From: Mobula hypostoma
Taxonomy: Eukaryota
Reading direction: 5' to 3'
Assembly: GCF_963921235.1 (NCBI RefSeq)
Contig: NC_086097.1
Coordinates: forward strand, 58,964,001 to 59,028,000
Length of the DNA stretch: 64,000 nucleotides
Shown one piece after another: positions 62,297 through 64,000 of this stretch (position 1 is the stretch's first letter; each line of letters begins with the position of its first letter). The position numbers and the translations under genes are program-made. Below the pieces are notes generated by a model. That model had not been told where the DNA came from. It did no database searches and worked only from the letters and a program-made list of their open reading frames with translations.

Positions 62297-62790
62297 TAGT
62301 TTTGGTCACCCTGAATAGGACAGATATTGTCATGCTGGAGATGATGCAGAAGAGATTTACAAGGATTCTGCCTGGACTAAAAAGGTTCAAGTTATAGGGA
62401 CAGATGGCCATGCTAGATTGCGCTTCCTTGGAGAAAAGAAGAATGAGGGGTGACCTCATAGAAGTTTATAAAATCATATAGAGTAGGGATAAGATGGGCA
62501 GTCATAGTTTGTTCCTTGGGTTGAGGAGTCCAAAAGTAGAGGGCCCAGGTACAAGATAAGAGCGGAGAGATATAAAGGAAACCTAAGAGGTAACTATTTA
62601 TGAAGAGGGCTGTGAGTACCTGGACTGAGCTGGCAGAGCAACTTCTCAAGGTGGATACAATTACAGCTTTTAAGAATTATATGAATGGGAGGGCTTGGAG
62701 TGTTATGGCCTAGGCATGGGCAATAGAGGGGATGGTGTGGTAGGCATGGGGCAGTTGGGCAGAAAGGCCTGTGCTGCATTACTCTTTGTG
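62297..62790 (+). mobile_element. Decayed CR1 3' fragment
   Basis: FWSP, MQKRFTRILPGL, SLEKRRMRGDLIEVYKI. Confidence 0.75.
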
Positions 62791-62964
62791 GTATCAGATA
62801 CAAACTAACGTTGATTAAAGAGAGATTATGTAGTGAAATACTTCTTTTTAAAGGGATCCTTTTGGAAGAGGAGAGAGGCAGACGTTTTAAGGCAAGTTCC
62901 AGAGCATCATCCTCTTTGAGTGTGATCAATAATTGAAGCTAAAGGAAATGGGGAAGTCAGAACC

Positions 62965-63180
62965 GGGTAGCATAGTGGTGCAACTAGTAGAGATTCTGCC
63001 TCAAAACTCTTTCACTTGGGTCGAATCCTGGTCTCTGGACCTGCGTTTGTGGAGTGTGCACACTCTCCCTGTGGTTATCTGGGTTTCTCCAACATCCCAG
63101 AGATATGTGACTTGGTGGGCTAATTGGTCATTGTAAATATCTCCTGGTTTGTAGGTGAATGGTTGGGTTTTGGACTCTGG
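62965..63180 (+). mobile_element. tRNA-derived V-domain SINE, diverged
   Basis: gggtagcatagtggtgcaactagtag (A box), gggtcgaatcct (B box), tgtggagtgtgcacactctccctgtg, taattggtcattgtaaat. Confidence 0.72.
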
Positions 63181-63401
63181 ACCAGAGTAAGGATGAATTG
63201 AACTTGTACAGGATACAGTATAAGTACAGCAGAAATAATTAAGTAACAAGAATGCTGTTTTATTTTCAGTTTGGTTTTTGGGGAACGTAAAAAAATGTTT
63301 ATAATGATTCTGTGGTTTGATAGTATGGATACAGAGAATTTATTTCCACTAGTTAGAAACCATGTCCAAGGAGCAAAATATTAAAACGAATGCTCTGCTT
63401 G

Positions 63402-63515
63402 CAGACTCTTCCTTCAGTTAGTCCTGACGAAGGGTCTCGGCCTGAAACGTCGACTGCACCTCTTCCTACAGATGCTGCCTGGCCTGCTGCGTTCACCAGC
63501 AACTTTTATGTGTGT
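63402..63515 (+). mobile_element. 114-bp PLE-tail mini-element
   Basis: Exact 11-bp TSD TGCTCTGCTTG at 63391-63401 and 63516-63526. Matches the PLE tails at ~4365-4470 and ~21865-21975. Confidence 0.9.
63419..63456 (+). ncRNA. Minimal type I hammerhead ribozyme motif (PLE-associated)
   Basis: TAGTC-CTGACGA-AGG gtctcgg CCT-GAAA-C-GTC^GACTG. Stem I TAGTC/GACTG, core CUGANGA and GAAA, palindromic loopless stem III ACGT, predicted cleavage after 63451. Confidence 0.82.
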
Positions 63516-64000
63516 TGCTCTGCTTGTTTGGAGTGTTTTCAAAATGGGTAGCAGAGAAGTAATTGAAATTCTTATGCAATCAGTGTTATAGCATGGAAAC
63601 AGCCCCTGTTGGCCCAACTTGTTCATGCTGACCAAAGTGCATAGATGAGATAATCCCATTTTCCTCAGTTTTGCCTCACTTTAAACACATGACCTTTGGT
63701 TTTGGACACTGTTGCTCTTGGGAAAGATAGTGACGATCCACTTTCCCTTGTTTTATATTCCTATGGATCATAATTAAGGGCTACAGTTTTTTTTTCTCTG
63801 TTAGGTGACGACATGAGAGTCCACAAAGGAAGGTAGTTTATGTTGGGGTTCAAGTAATGTTGCTGCTTTATGTTATTATTAACCTATGTTGTTACATTTC
63901 CTTTCTTGAACCTCAAATATATTTCCTTTCTTGGACTGTGTATAATACTGAGCGTGCTCAGCATCTTGCATGAAGCAGTAAAGAAGGTGTCCGTTGTTTG

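Noticed and set aside
62965..63040. tRNA genes (also ~36310-36378)
   Set aside because: A/B boxes are SINE heads followed by V-domain bodies; no cloverleaf.
1..64000. CRISPR array, operon or other prokaryotic system
   Set aside because: The sequence is vertebrate repeat-rich DNA with no regularly spaced repeats or gene-dense ORFs.

Overview
Eukaryotic (vertebrate) non-genic DNA. The repeat content points to a cartilaginous fish, probably a ray (inference): V-domain/HE1-like tRNA SINEs, abundant CR1 and Rex1/Babar LINEs, and Penelope-like elements (PLEs). I found no host protein-coding gene I can support. Much of the window is nested, decayed transposable elements: three large PLEs (RT plus GIY-YIG, the latter deleted in one copy), many short PLE-tail copies carrying a minimal hammerhead-ribozyme motif, CR1, Rex1/Babar, one RTE, three solo LTRs, a Gypsy gag-protease relic and Tc1/mariner relics. 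The standout is a single insertion bounded by a target-site duplication (TSD) at 59938-62213. It joins an inverted RTE 5' end, a 141-bp GC/CpG-rich fragment of an SLC8A (Na+/Ca2+ exchanger) Calx-beta coding sequence, and the RTE 3' half, with the host fragment fused in frame directly to the RT 'FADD' motif. Second is a dispersed family of 110-160 bp hammerhead-bearing PLE mini-elements with their own 8-16 bp TSDs; one copy (63419-63456) has an intact catalytic core. All family assignments come from motif recognition by eye, not database searches, and boundaries of old elements are approximate.
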